Of a DNA stretch of 64,000 nt, positions 43,758 to 54,114 are shown piece after piece. Below the pieces are notes generated by a model. That model worked only from the letters and a program-made list of their open reading frames with translations, ran no database searches and was not told the origin of the DNA. The stretch comes from a virus, in the IMG/VR virus record IMGVR_UViG_2822494597_000001; one strand, given 5' to 3'. The position numbers and the translations under genes are program-made. How positions within the stretch are numbered: position 1 is the first letter of the stretch; the number at the start of each line of letters is the position of its first letter.

Positions 43758-43829
43758 TCTCTCGTAGCCCAACGGTAGAGCGGTTGGCTGTTAACCAATA
43801 GGTTGCAGGTTCGATTCCTGTCGAGGGAG
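43758..43829 (+). tRNA. tRNA-Asn (GTT)
   Basis: GTTGG-CTGTTAA-CCAAT; G73. Confidence 0.9.
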
Positions 43830-43839
43830 TTTCTATTAC

Positions 43840-43929
43840 GGAGCGGTACTCAAACTGGTAAAGAGGTCTGATTGCTAATCAGATAGGTGATGTTTACATC
43901 ATGCGAGGGTTCGAATCCCTTCTGCTCCT
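43840..43929 (+). tRNA. tRNA-Ser (GCT), U73
   Basis: TCTGA-TTGCTAA-TCAGA; long variable arm TGATG/CATCA. Confidence 0.88.
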
Positions 43930-43942
43930 TATTTTACATTTT

Positions 43943-44016
43943 GCCCCGTTAGCTCAATAGGATAGAGCAACGCACTTCTAATGCGTAGGCTACAGGTTCG
44001 AGTCCTGTACGGGGCG
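43943..44016 (+). tRNA. tRNA-Arg (TCT)
   Basis: ACGCA-CTTCTAA-TGCGT; A20-type D-loop. Confidence 0.93.
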
Positions 44017-44035
44017 TATTCCCTTTTTACAGTAG

Positions 44036-44230
44036 TCATGTGAATTGATTGGACTTACCCAATCACATGATAAAAGCAAATGAAAAACTTCAGAAGGAAA
44101 GTATAAGAGAAGCAATGTTTGGTAAGTACAACTTCCTCCTTTTGTGATACTTAAGTTTCTTTCAGCCCTGTTACAGGGACCCTAATAGATTCCGATTTGG
44201 AATAAGGGACTGTGTAAAACACAGACTGAA
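44036..44230 (+). ncRNA. Candidate structured RNA ending in a four-way junction
   Basis: TCATGTG/CACATGA hairpin; TTCAG/CTGAA enclosing CCCTG/CAGGG, CCCT/AGGG and CTGTG/CACAG. Confidence 0.45.
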
Positions 44231-44262
44231 TTATAGGTTTATAAAATATCAATCTTATATAC

Positions 44263-44336
44263 GCTCCATTAACTCAGCAGGATAGAGTATCCGTTTCCTA
44301 AACGGGTGGTCGAAGGTTCGAATCCTTCATGGAGCA
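44263..44336 (+). tRNA. tRNA-Arg (CCT)
   Basis: TCCGT-TTCCTAA-ACGGG. Confidence 0.92.
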
Positions 44337-44341
44337 TTTTG

Positions 44342-44364
44342 AAACAGGTATTTGCCTGTTTTTT
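44342..44364 (+). terminator. Terminator ending the tRNA array
   Basis: AAACAGG-TATTTG-CCTGTTT-TTT. Confidence 0.7.
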
Positions 44365-44416
44365 ATTATGAAGTAAAAAGTTACTACTTACCTTTTGAAA
44401 TTGAGGAGGTGATGAT

Positions 44417-44752
44417 ATGCACCCTACAAAGGATGTAAAAAAGAAATCTAAAAATGTAATTCTTAAAAAATATCAAAAACAAATTACCGTAGATTTTTTG
44501 AAAGATTTCAAGAAAAATTTAGACACTACTTTTAAAATAAATAACAATGATTCTCTACTTACCTATGAGAACACCTATATTCATCTTGAGTGCACGATTG
44601 GTTGGTGGGAAGCTGTAAAAACAACTTGTGAAAAATATGAGTTACACGATTTATTAAGTTATTACAACAACTTAAATTGGATGAAAAGCGATGCCTTTGA
44701 TTTAGAATTATCTCATCTATTGATAACAAATGCTATTATAAAACAAAAATAA
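44417..44752 (+). CDS. Hypothetical protein
   Basis: GAGGAGG RBS, 111 aa. Confidence 0.65.
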   Translation: MHPTKDVKKKSKNVILKKYQKQITVDFLKDFKKNLDTTFKINNNDSLLTYENTYIHLECTIGWWEAVKTTCEKYELHDLLSYYNNLNWMKSDAFDLELSHLLITNAIIKQK

Positions 44753-44779
44753 ATATTAACTTACAGAAGGAGACTTTTT

Positions 44780-45253
44780 ATGAAAAGCAGATATAAAAAA
44801 CACCTAAAAAGAATGAGTAAAAGAAGTCCTATCATTTCATTTTCTCAAGCAGATATTCATCACAAAGGTAGTGTTTTAACGGAAAATGAATTATCAACTT
44901 TTTCACAACATATGAAGTTGAATCACGAAGAAACTTACTCAGATACATACACATCTAAAAAAGAAGAAATGATTTCAAACCTATACTTCTTTGTTGATAA
45001 TTATTTGATGTGCGGAGGTCATACACATATTTTCTTGCTTATTCCATTATCCAATGGCTTTTATCAGGTTCTTGAAAAGGAGAATATATCAGAATGGGTT
45101 AATGCCTACTGGAAAAAAGAAGACCCTAAGAATCAACGAGATTGGCGTTATATGGACGAAGATATAAACGATTTGTTCGACTATATGATAAATCAATTCA
45201 ATAAGCATGTTAAGAAGAAAAAAGCGTGTATTTACAATGAATGTTTCCATTAA
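44780..45253 (+). CDS. Hypothetical protein (HxH motif)
   Basis: AAGGAG RBS; GGHTHIFLL. Confidence 0.6.
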   Translation: MKSRYKKHLKRMSKRSPIISFSQADIHHKGSVLTENELSTFSQHMKLNHEETYSDTYTSKKEEMISNLYFFVDNYLMCGGHTHIFLLIPLSNGFYQVLEKENISEWVNAYWKKEDPKNQRDWRYMDEDINDLFDYMINQFNKHVKKKKACIYNECFH

Positions 45254-45758
45254 AGATATGCAACGAATGATTAAATAATCTATTGCTAACAAGCCCCCAA
45301 AACCTATAGTTGTAGGAGAAGTTCGAGAAGGTGTTTGCGATTGCTTATGTCATGCAATTAAGAATTCATAGTTCAACACAATACTTCTTTTCAGCTCAAA
45401 CTCATAATACAGAAAAACGCAGAGATTTATGTCCCTGCGTTTTTATATTGCGTTTCTTATATTCTCATTTTTATCTTTCTAAGGACTATTTTATTTCTGT
45501 AGTTGAATATCCCCTTTCTCCCTCATTCGCTCTCAAATTGATACATCTTATCTGATTCAACGATGTGCTGATAAGCTACATTCAATCCATCTAATTTCAC
45601 TTGCAGTCTTTTTTTCTTTTACCATTTGTGTTTGCTATTCTTTCCTTCAAATAATTCATGCTATTTATAAGCCATTCTTTTTGTTCGTTCCAAGCTTCTT
45701 TATATGTCATTCAGATTCACCCTTTCACAACATTTTATTTGAATTGCAATATATTTTA

Positions 45759-45786
45759 TTGACTATAGTAAATAAAGTGTTATGAT
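45759..45786 (+). promoter_or_regulatory. Promoter with TTGACT box
   Basis: TTGACTATAGTAAA ... TG-n-TATGAT. Confidence 0.7.
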
Positions 45787-45820
45787 TTATTTATAAAAAA
45801 ATAATTGAGGACGTGGAAAA

Positions 45821-46123
45821 ATGACTGAGCAAGAGTTTCGTGAATTTAGGCTGTGGGAAACAAAATTAAAGGTAAGCGAACAGGTGAAAAAAGAGTTAGA
45901 AGTCGCAGAGGGATTAAGTTTTTCAGAGAATAAATTATTCTTAAGCTCTAACCGCAATTGGGTTGCTACTTCCATGCCCCTTCTGTATTCCAATGATGAA
46001 ATTCATTTTTTAGTATCACCATTAATTTCTAATGGTGCAGATGAAGGTGTGAGTGGTTTAGAATCTATTATTTTTACTAAAGAACAATTAATGAAGACAT
46101 TCGATGTTTTAACTACAAGCTAA
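45821..46123 (+). CDS. Hypothetical protein
   Basis: First gene after the promoter at 45759. Confidence 0.6.
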   Translation: MTEQEFREFRLWETKLKVSEQVKKELEVAEGLSFSENKLFLSSNRNWVATSMPLLYSNDEIHFLVSPLISNGADEGVSGLESIIFTKEQLMKTFDVLTTS

Positions 46124-46167
46124 AAATATATTAAATATTTTCAATTTAACGAAACGGAGATTAAAAA

Positions 46168-46452
46168 ATGAATAATTATTTAGTTGCATTACGTACAGGT
46201 GGAGAGATGGGAGACCCCGATATCTCATATAATGATTTTCAAATTATTAAAGCAGAAAATAAATTAGATGCTTGTAAAAGATATAACCAAATTAATAATT
46301 GCTCCTATTTTTATGGAGAAGCTTTAGCTTTAGTTAGAGATAAAGTGTCTGTAGAAAAAGCATTAACAAGAAGAATGAATATTAAAATGTGGTTCAACCT
46401 ATTTTCTACAGGTGCTTTAGAAGGCGTTGATAAAAAGGAGTCTCAAAAATGA
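46168..46452 (+). CDS. Hypothetical protein
   Basis: GGAG RBS, operon-like spacing. Confidence 0.6.
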   Translation: MNNYLVALRTGGEMGDPDISYNDFQIIKAENKLDACKRYNQINNCSYFYGEALALVRDKVSVEKALTRRMNIKMWFNLFSTGALEGVDKKESQK

Positions 46453-46742
46453 CAGAATTAGAATTTGATAGAGTGCAAGCTCTCCATACACCATTGTATT
46501 TAGCTAAAAGATTTGTAGATACTTTAGAGGAAAAAGAGCTATTAGAATTAGCAGAGTCATTTATGTTAAATAGAAAACAAAACACTTGGTATCTTACAGC
46601 ATTGCCTATTCCCTATCCTAACGACACGACTACTTATTTAGTACAAGCAGTCGATAAGGATAATCGAATCATCCCTGTTTCAGCTATGGTTCTATCTAAA
46701 GAATATTTCATGAAGTTATTTTCGTTAAAAAAGGAGTTTTAA
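46449..46742 (+). CDS. Hypothetical protein
   Basis: 4-nt overlap with upstream gene; AAGGAG RBS. Confidence 0.6.
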   Translation: MTELEFDRVQALHTPLYLAKRFVDTLEEKELLELAESFMLNRKQNTWYLTALPIPYPNDTTTYLVQAVDKDNRIIPVSAMVLSKEYFMKLFSLKKEF

Positions 46743-46745
46743 CGC

Positions 46746-47570
46746 ATGAAAAACAGATTTCAAGTGCAAATCTCAGAAATATATCATTTCTTTAAAAGTA
46801 CAAAAGCAACAAACAAAAAGGCGATAGAAACATTTATGTATCATGATTGGATGAAGTGTGACGATTTAGAAAAACGAGACGATACGGGTGTATATTTTAC
46901 AATGGGTGCAATTGAACCAAAGACAAAAAAATCTATTATTCTTGATTCCATTATTGTTGTATCTGAATCCGAATTTGAAAGTTTATTTTACGGTGCAGAA
47001 AAACTTACTATCTCTCCTTCTGCCTATATTGAATCGTTGGAGAATTGGTTAATATTTGTAAGTGATTGTTATCAACATAACTTTGATAGATTCTTAAAGT
47101 TACAGAAAACTGAACACTATGGAGCATTCGCAGAATATGAACAAATCGAATTTTTATCCCTTGCTTCTCTTGTTAAATCTATATCTAAATTGAAATACAC
47201 TTCTTTTTATATAAAAGACTCTATGCCATTTGAGATTATGGCGAGAAGAACAAAATATGATTTTTACGAATTCGAAAATACAGAAGAAGAAAAATACATC
47301 TCTCATTTAGAAGAACTACTCATTTATGTTTGTCACTTCTATCAGAAAAATCATGACCACTTCTTCCAGATGTATATAGACCAGAAAAACAAATACTACT
47401 ACCGATTAGCTACCGTTCAAGGCATTCGTTATCGTTCTGAAGTTAAAAATATTAGCGAGTTGTGTGATGAATGTTTTATCGTTACCTTTATTGAAGAAAA
47501 AGAACATGAAATTCTATTGAAAAAACTCACAGAGAACCAGACAAAAAGAAATAAGAAAGAAAAGGCATAG
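46746..47570 (+). CDS. Hypothetical protein
   Basis: 274 aa; AAGGAG RBS. Confidence 0.6.
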   Translation: MKNRFQVQISEIYHFFKSTKATNKKAIETFMYHDWMKCDDLEKRDDTGVYFTMGAIEPKTKKSIILDSIIVVSESEFESLFYGAEKLTISPSAYIESLENWLIFVSDCYQHNFDRFLKLQKTEHYGAFAEYEQIEFLSLASLVKSISKLKYTSFYIKDSMPFEIMARRTKYDFYEFENTEEEKYISHLEELLIYVCHFYQKNHDHFFQMYIDQKNKYYYRLATVQGIRYRSEVKNISELCDECFIVTFIEEKEHEILLKKLTENQTKRNKKEKA

Positions 47571-47612
47571 AGGGAAAACTCCCTCTATTTTTTATGAGTT
47601 CATTTTATTTCA

Positions 47613-47642
47613 TTGACTATAGTTAATGAAATAAGTTAAAAT
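47613..47642 (+). promoter_or_regulatory. recD2 promoter with TTGACT box
   Basis: TTCATTGACT-AT-AGTTAATGAA; TAAAAT at 18-nt spacing. Confidence 0.7.
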
Positions 47643-47666
47643 GTATGTATACGAATATAAAGAAAT

Positions 47667-50282
47667 ATGTACAAATTAGTTAGAAAAGGAGAGGTGAAAC
47701 ACTTGTCTGTATTTAATTTAGAAAATTATCTTAGTGAACCAAAGTCAGCTTTAGATGATTTCGAAGTCGATGATGAAATTACCATTGTCGCCCTTCCACT
47801 TGATACAATTTACGAAAATTCAGAATCGGGTTATCGTGTTTATGCTTGTCAAAGTGAAGAAGGTCAGTCATTTAAAATGAACGGAAAATTCATCATGCCA
47901 CTTAATCCGAATATTCACTATCAGGTAAATGGAGTTATTGTATTTTATAAAGGTGAAAAACAAGTAAAAATGAATCGGGTTTCACCTATAAAGCCAATTG
48001 GGAAAAGAGGCATCGTTCGTTACTTACGAACTTTAAAAGGTCTGAAAAATAGAGCAGAGGATATTTATAGCGTTTTCGGTGATAAATCTATTGATATGTT
48101 GATAGAAAACCCTGAAGAAGTTGTTAGTCGAATTAAAGGGATTGGTAAAAAAAGTGTGGAAGCTTGGAAAAAACAACTTGAAAGTCTAACAAATTCACAG
48201 TATACATTGTCTTATTTATTAGATATTGGTTTGTCGTTTGAGCAATCAAAAAGCTTATACAGCGAATATAAAGATGATATTATTCGTTTAATTTCAGAAA
48301 ATCCTTATCTTTTAGCAAGAAAAATTCCAGGATACGGATTTAAAAAATGTGACAAAATCGCTAAAGATATTCACTTTGACATGCTAAGTGATGAACGTAT
48401 TCAAGAAGGGATTATTCATGGACTTGATGAGGCAACAAAAGAAGGTCACTGCTTCTTACATAAAGATGATTTAATTGAAAAAACAAGAGAGATATTGAGA
48501 GTTACACTTCCTTCTAAAGAAAGCGAACGTTTATTAAAAGAAACAATAGATGAAAAAATCTCTTATTACTTTGGTACAATCCAAGTTATGATTCCAAGGG
48601 ATGAACTAAACGCTTATTATGAACGTTGGAAATCAGCTCGTTATAAAAATGAAAAAGAAAAGTGTTTATATCCTTTATTTGATATTCCATATGAACTGAT
48701 TGAGGAAGAAATTGAGAATTTGCTTACTTTTGAGAGAATTGTCATAGAACAAGACCGTGTGTATTTAGAATACATCCATAGTGCTGAAGTCCGTGTGGCA
48801 GAAGAGCTTTATCGTCTTTCAGATACGCAAGAATGGAAGAATCAAATAGATATTAAGGCTGAATTAGACAAGTATCTATCTGCTGAAGGTATTGAATTAG
48901 AAGAAAAACAAGAAGAAGCCATTTTAACATTCACGAAAAGACGTGGTGGTTTTTATGTACTAAATGGTTCCGCAGGTTGTGGGAAAACATTCGTTTTAAA
49001 AATCATATTGAAAATCTTCAATATTGTATGTAAATCAAATGGCATTACTCCCTACCTTCAATTATTGGCTCCAACTGGAAAGGCCGCTAAAGTTGCTAAG
49101 AAATCAACAAATGAAATATGTCTTACTGTACATAGAGGATTAGAATTCCGTGGAGGAGAAGGATTTACCTTCAATGCATCCAATCCTTTACCAGGGAACA
49201 TTATCGTTTTAGATGAAAGCTCGTTTTTAGATGTGGAATTATCTAAGGATTTACTACAAGCAATTAAACGTGGCGCTACAGTTATCTGGATGGGCGATAT
49301 TAAACAGTTGCCGAGTATTGGTCCAGGCAGTGTTCTAAAAGATATCATTGAAAGTGGAGTTCTTCCAGTTGTTACATTAGATGTAGTAAAGCGTCAAGGA
49401 AAGCAATCAGGTATTGCAAAAAACGCAAAAAAAATCATTGATGGTGAAATGATTGAAACTTGCGAGGATACAAAGGATTCCTATGCTGTATTTCGTGATT
49501 CACCTAAGGTTATTTTGAAGAACATTCTCGAATCTGTTAAACGTGTCCTTACGTTCCCTGATTATACACTGGATGATATCCAAGTTCTATCACCTCAAAA
49601 AACAGGTATTTTAGGAACATATATGATTAACTTGTTAATGCAAGAAGCTTTTAACGAAACTGAATCTACTGTTACTTCTTTAAATAAAGAATTCACTGTA
49701 GATAATGAACGTTTTTCTCTGTACTTTAAAGAAGGCGATAAAGTCATTAACATGCGTAATAACGACTTAAAAGTTTGGTACAAAAAAAATTACGTTTCAA
49801 CTGAGGACAGTAACGTTCTTCTTACCCAATATACACCGAATAAAGATGCTAAAGGTGGCATTGCAAACGGTGAAACTGGTGTAATTGAAGCAATCCGAAA
49901 AATCAAAGAACCAGTTGATAATAAGGAGACTATAAAGGGTGCTGTTCCTGCAAAAACGAAGGAAATCATTCGTATAATTGTAAAATACGATGATGGTTAT
50001 ATCTTCTATGATAACAAGGAAAAAGAAGATTTAGACCATGCATACGCATTCTCTATTCACAAGTCTCAGGGTTCACAATGGAGAGCTTGTATCATGCCAA
50101 TTTCTATGCTTCACTACAGAATGCTTGATAATAGCTTGTTCTATACTGGATTTACACGAGCTCAAGAATTTAATGTGGTAATTGGTGAAGAAAGAGCGAT
50201 TAAACACGCAATTAAAACGTACAAGTCAAGAGAGCGTAACACCACTCTAAAAGAGCGTTTAGAAAGTTTATATCTCATTTAA
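47667..50282 (+). CDS. recD2: RecD2-like SF1B helicase
   Basis: N-terminal OB and HhH (IKGIGKK); NGSAGCGKT, LDESS, GDIKQLPSIG, YAFSIHKSQGS; start could be the GTG slightly downstream. Confidence 0.92.
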   Translation: MYKLVRKGEVKHLSVFNLENYLSEPKSALDDFEVDDEITIVALPLDTIYENSESGYRVYACQSEEGQSFKMNGKFIMPLNPNIHYQVNGVIVFYKGEKQVKMNRVSPIKPIGKRGIVRYLRTLKGLKNRAEDIYSVFGDKSIDMLIENPEEVVSRIKGIGKKSVEAWKKQLESLTNSQYTLSYLLDIGLSFEQSKSLYSEYKDDIIRLISENPYLLARKIPGYGFKKCDKIAKDIHFDMLSDERIQEGIIHGLDEATKEGHCFLHKDDLIEKTREILRVTLPSKESERLLKETIDEKISYYFGTIQVMIPRDELNAYYERWKSARYKNEKEKCLYPLFDIPYELIEEEIENLLTFERIVIEQDRVYLEYIHSAEVRVAEELYRLSDTQEWKNQIDIKAELDKYLSAEGIELEEKQEEAILTFTKRRGGFYVLNGSAGCGKTFVLKIILKIFNIVCKSNGITPYLQLLAPTGKAAKVAKKSTNEICLTVHRGLEFRGGEGFTFNASNPLPGNIIVLDESSFLDVELSKDLLQAIKRGATVIWMGDIKQLPSIGPGSVLKDIIESGVLPVVTLDVVKRQGKQSGIAKNAKKIIDGEMIETCEDTKDSYAVFRDSPKVILKNILESVKRVLTFPDYTLDDIQVLSPQKTGILGTYMINLLMQEAFNETESTVTSLNKEFTVDNERFSLYFKEGDKVINMRNNDLKVWYKKNYVSTEDSNVLLTQYTPNKDAKGGIANGETGVIEAIRKIKEPVDNKETIKGAVPAKTKEIIRIIVKYDDGYIFYDNKEKEDLDHAYAFSIHKSQGSQWRACIMPISMLHYRMLDNSLFYTGFTRAQEFNVVIGEERAIKHAIKTYKSRERNTTLKERLESLYLI

Positions 50283-50342
50283 TAAAAAAGTCGCAAAGAA
50301 AATCAATTTCTCTGCGACTTTTTCTATGTTGTGTTCATAACT

Positions 50343-50633
50343 TTACATGCGAGATAACTGCTCCCAATTTATTTCGGCAACCTCTACTCCCCACTGCTTT
50401 GCTAAATGTTTTTCATGTTGAACAGCTTCTAATGGAAAAATCGTTTTGTTATTTTTTATATGAAATAAACAAAATTCATCTTTATCTTGGACAATGACTT
50501 CTTTCATTTTTTGTCTATTTCGATAACAAAAACGAATAATTTCCTCATCATTTCTCAAAATAACAGGAGGTAATTGTACATCCTCCCCTTCTATTTCAGT
50601 TGTTAAGAAACCTTTATATGTATCTGTCGTCAT
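50343..50633 (-). CDS. Hypothetical protein
   Basis: 96 aa ORF. Confidence 0.55.
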   Translation of the reverse strand: MTTDTYKGFLTTEIEGEDVQLPPVILRNDEEIIRFCYRNRQKMKEVIVQDKDEFCLFHIKNNKTIFPLEAVQHEKHLAKQWGVEVAEINWEQLSRM

Positions 50634-50825
50634 CTATTACATCCCCAATCCATACCATTCAATATTTACCTCAAGTTTATCATAAAACTAACTGTGTAGT
50701 TATCATTCTTTTTATTAATGTTTTAAGAAATCGAAGAAATATATTACTTTATTTATACATAAAAATAAATAACATTTTTTAACCTCTCCCCACTTCGTTG
50801 TTAAGTAAAATATTTTTTATTTACT

Positions 50826-50854
50826 TTGTCATTTATATATACTATAGTTAATAT
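50826..50854 (+). promoter_or_regulatory. ligA-operon promoter with degenerate box in the spacer
   Basis: TTGTCA-17-TAATAT containing TATACTATAGTTAA. Confidence 0.55.
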
Positions 50855-50890
50855 TATAGTGAGTTATTGATAACAAAAGGTGGTGACAGC

Positions 50891-51175
50891 ATGAATAATG
50901 AATTACATCTCATATTAAAGGACGGAAAGCCATGGTCTGGTGCTTCTCAAGAAACATTTGCTAAGGTATATTATGATGAGGGAAAAGCTATTCAAATTGC
51001 AAGGAGTGCTTGTACCGCTGAAGCAAATCGTTTTTATGAATATGGAGAAGGTTATTATCAAAATGAAGAGTTGTCTTTAACTGAACGCAAAAAATTAGCT
51101 AAAGATTTAGCAGATAAAGAATGGATTAAACGATGGAAAGTAAAACCAATGATATTAAAAGAGGAGCAAAATTAA
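50891..51175 (+). CDS. Hypothetical protein
   Basis: AAGGTGG RBS; stop overlaps the ligase start. Confidence 0.6.
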   Translation: MNNELHLILKDGKPWSGASQETFAKVYYDEGKAIQIARSACTAEANRFYEYGEGYYQNEELSLTERKKLAKDLADKEWIKRWKVKPMILKEEQN

Positions 51176-53184
51176 TGATTGAACAAAAAATCAAACAATT
51201 ACGTGAAGAAGTTATGAAACATGATTTGCTATATGATGAAGGTACTCCTATTATTACTGATAGCGAATATGACCAAATGTATTATGAATTGGTTTCATTG
51301 GAAGAAAAACACCCTGAATTTGCTGATGAAAATTCTCCTACCAAACGGATTTATTCAGTTGTAGTTGATAGTTTAAAAAAAGTAAAACACTCTACACCCA
51401 TGTTGTCACAAGATAAAGGCCATACAGAAGAAGATATTGTGAAATTCGCAAACAAATCTGATGATGAAATTATTGCGGGAGATAAAGAAGACGGATTAAC
51501 GATTGTATTAAAGTATAATAACGGTATCTACTATGAGGCTTCAACAAGAGGCGATGGTTATATTGGTGAAGATGTAACACACACTGTAAGAACTATTACT
51601 AACCTTCCTAAGAAAATCTCATTTAAAGGGTATCTTGAGGTTCGTGCTGAATCCGTTATTCCTTTCTCTGAGTTTGAACGAATTAATGTAGATGGTAAAT
51701 ATAAATCCCCTCGCAACTTAGTTTCTGGTTCTGTACGTACATTAAATGCGAATATTGCTAAAGAACGTGGCTTAAGTATTATTGCTTTTGATTTAGTTAA
51801 AGCAGAGGGAATTACCTTTGAAAAGGATACTGAGCAATTGGAATTTTTAAAAGAACAAGGGTTTAACGTGGTTCCATACAAAGTGTTTAAAAACACACCT
51901 GAAGGAATAAAAGAATTGATTCAATATTGCTTAACATACAACAAAGAAGTTCGACCAACAATTCCTCATATGATTGATGGACTTGTGCTTAAATTTAATA
52001 ATTTAGCTGTTCGAGAATCTTTAGGTTATACATCTAAGTTCCCTCGTTGGGGCTTTGCTTTTAAATTTGATAGTCTTGATGCCACAACCAAACTACTTAA
52101 TATCGTAGAGACCGTTGGTAAATCTGGACAAATTACACCAAATGGTATTTTTGAACCTGTTGAGATTGATGGTGTTACTATTCAAAAAGCTTCTCTTGCA
52201 AATTACGACAACATAAAAGAACGTGATATCCGTATTGGAGATACAATTGTCGTCGCTCGTGCAAATGATGTCATTCCACAAATTGTATCGGCTGTTACTG
52301 AGCTACGTGATGGAACAGAAAAAGAAATCTTACCGCCTACTTGCTGTCCTGTATGTAATGGAGAAGTAGTAAAAGAAGAAGATAACGTTCATTACTTCTG
52401 TATTAACAGTACATGTAGTGCTCAACAAGAACGTATTTTAAAACATTTTGTATCTCGAAATGCAATGAATATTGATGGATTAGGGGCAAAAACAGTTGAA
52501 ACATTTTACGAAAAAGGTATCCTTTCTTCTATTTCTGATATTTATACGTTAAAAGATAACTTAGATAAACTATCTGTATTACGTGGATTCGGGGAAAAGA
52601 AGATTCAAAAAATGTTATCAGGGATTGAGGAAAGCAAACATGTTCCCCTATCTAAATTCTTATACGCTTTAGCTATTCCTAACGTTGGCTCCAGTACAGG
52701 AAAAGACATTGCAAAGAAATTTAAAACAATGAGACATCTAATCGAACTTTCAAAAGACCCTGTTGTGCTAAAAACAGAATTAATGAAAATTGATGGCATC
52801 GGTGAGACAGTAGCAAGTAGTATGGTAAGTTACTTTGAAGAATCTCACAACATTGAGCTTATTGAATTCTTGTATTCAATTGGATTTTCAATGATGGAAG
52901 AAGTAGAAGAAATTATCGCCTCTGAAGAAATTGAGGGTAAAATATTCGTCATTACAGGCTCATTATCTAAACCTCGTAATGATATCAAAAAAGAAATTGA
53001 AGCTCATGGTGGAAAAGTATCAGGTTCAGTATCTGCAAAGACAAACTTCTTAGTTCTTGGTGGATATAATCATGTAACAGGAGAATTGCCTGAAAAAGAA
53101 ACTAACAGCTCTAAGTATAAAAATGCTGTTAAGTTTGAGTGTCCTATTATTTCTGAAGAAGAGCTATTTGAAAAGATGAAATAG
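51175..53184 (+). CDS. ligA: NAD-dependent DNA ligase
   Basis: YDQMYYEL, HSTPMLS, DKEDG (KxDG), TRGDG, SPRNL, CPVC..C..C zinc finger, HhH, BRCT. Confidence 0.95.
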   Translation: MIEQKIKQLREEVMKHDLLYDEGTPIITDSEYDQMYYELVSLEEKHPEFADENSPTKRIYSVVVDSLKKVKHSTPMLSQDKGHTEEDIVKFANKSDDEIIAGDKEDGLTIVLKYNNGIYYEASTRGDGYIGEDVTHTVRTITNLPKKISFKGYLEVRAESVIPFSEFERINVDGKYKSPRNLVSGSVRTLNANIAKERGLSIIAFDLVKAEGITFEKDTEQLEFLKEQGFNVVPYKVFKNTPEGIKELIQYCLTYNKEVRPTIPHMIDGLVLKFNNLAVRESLGYTSKFPRWGFAFKFDSLDATTKLLNIVETVGKSGQITPNGIFEPVEIDGVTIQKASLANYDNIKERDIRIGDTIVVARANDVIPQIVSAVTELRDGTEKEILPPTCCPVCNGEVVKEEDNVHYFCINSTCSAQQERILKHFVSRNAMNIDGLGAKTVETFYEKGILSSISDIYTLKDNLDKLSVLRGFGEKKIQKMLSGIEESKHVPLSKFLYALAIPNVGSSTGKDIAKKFKTMRHLIELSKDPVVLKTELMKIDGIGETVASSMVSYFEESHNIELIEFLYSIGFSMMEEVEEIIASEEIEGKIFVITGSLSKPRNDIKKEIEAHGGKVSGSVSAKTNFLVLGGYNHVTGELPEKETNSSKYKNAVKFECPIISEEELFEKMK

Positions 53185-53347
53185 TTGCGATTACAAATAT
53201 TTTAAAGCAGAGAAAGTTCTCTGCTTTTTATTTTATTTTCAACAAATAAGATATCATGTAGATAAATTGTTAAAAGTATTTTATTTCACACGAATATAAA
53301 GACATAATAAAAAAACTTGTATTCATAACGAATACAAGCTCTTCAAC

Positions 53348-53908
53348 TTAATGAATAATCGGATTGTAAAATGCTCGACCTGATTTTGTTAATTTCAAAG
53401 GTTTGAAATCATTATAAATCTGTTCAAAATGATTTGCATCAAAATCAAACCAACATGCATCCCATTCTCTATCCAGTTTATTTAATTTGTTTTCAGACAA
53501 GAAATAAATCTGCATAGCATGTGAACCGTCATGATGATGGCCAGAAATGATAAGTGAACCATCTTTATCTACACTTACGTCAATAGAATCTACTCGTCCC
53601 ATACATTCTAATGGATTCTCATCATACGATAACATTCTGCCTCCTACAGGATTTTCATTCCAACGTCCTACACGACCTACAAGAGCAATACGTTCAACGT
53701 TTGTTTTATATCGTTTTTCGTACTGTTCAATTTCTGATTGTAAGAAATCCATAAAATATCGTTTTTCACTTTCCCAAGCAGAGTCTGACCATTGAATTGT
53801 ACTCACATCAAATCCATCCTCTTCTTTAAAGTTATTACCGATATGCCAAACATCCTCAACCTTGTTATATGCTTCTTGGCAATCTCCTGTTGATAAAATT
53901 GTTGTCAT
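53348..53908 (-). CDS. Hypothetical protein
   Basis: 186 aa; AGGAGG RBS. Confidence 0.6.
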   Translation of the reverse strand: MTTILSTGDCQEAYNKVEDVWHIGNNFKEEDGFDVSTIQWSDSAWESEKRYFMDFLQSEIEQYEKRYKTNVERIALVGRVGRWNENPVGGRMLSYDENPLECMGRVDSIDVSVDKDGSLIISGHHHDGSHAMQIYFLSENKLNKLDREWDACWFDFDANHFEQIYNDFKPLKLTKSGRAFYNPIIH

Positions 53909-54038
53909 GATTATTTCCTCCTAAAATTAATTTGTATTTTGAATACACCTGTTTATATAATCCTTATATTATAGATAGATGGACTTCATCCCATAACAGG
54001 TATAGAAATTTACACTTAAAATAAATAACATTATTTTA

Positions 54039-54068
54039 TTGACTTTAGTTAATAAAAAGCTTTATACT
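54039..54068 (+). promoter_or_regulatory. vWA gene promoter with TTGACT box
   Basis: TTGACTTTAGTTAA; TATACT at 18-nt spacing. Confidence 0.7.
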
Positions 54069-54114
54069 TATTTATAGATACATAACGTTTAGATAACTAA
54101 GGAGAGATATTAAA

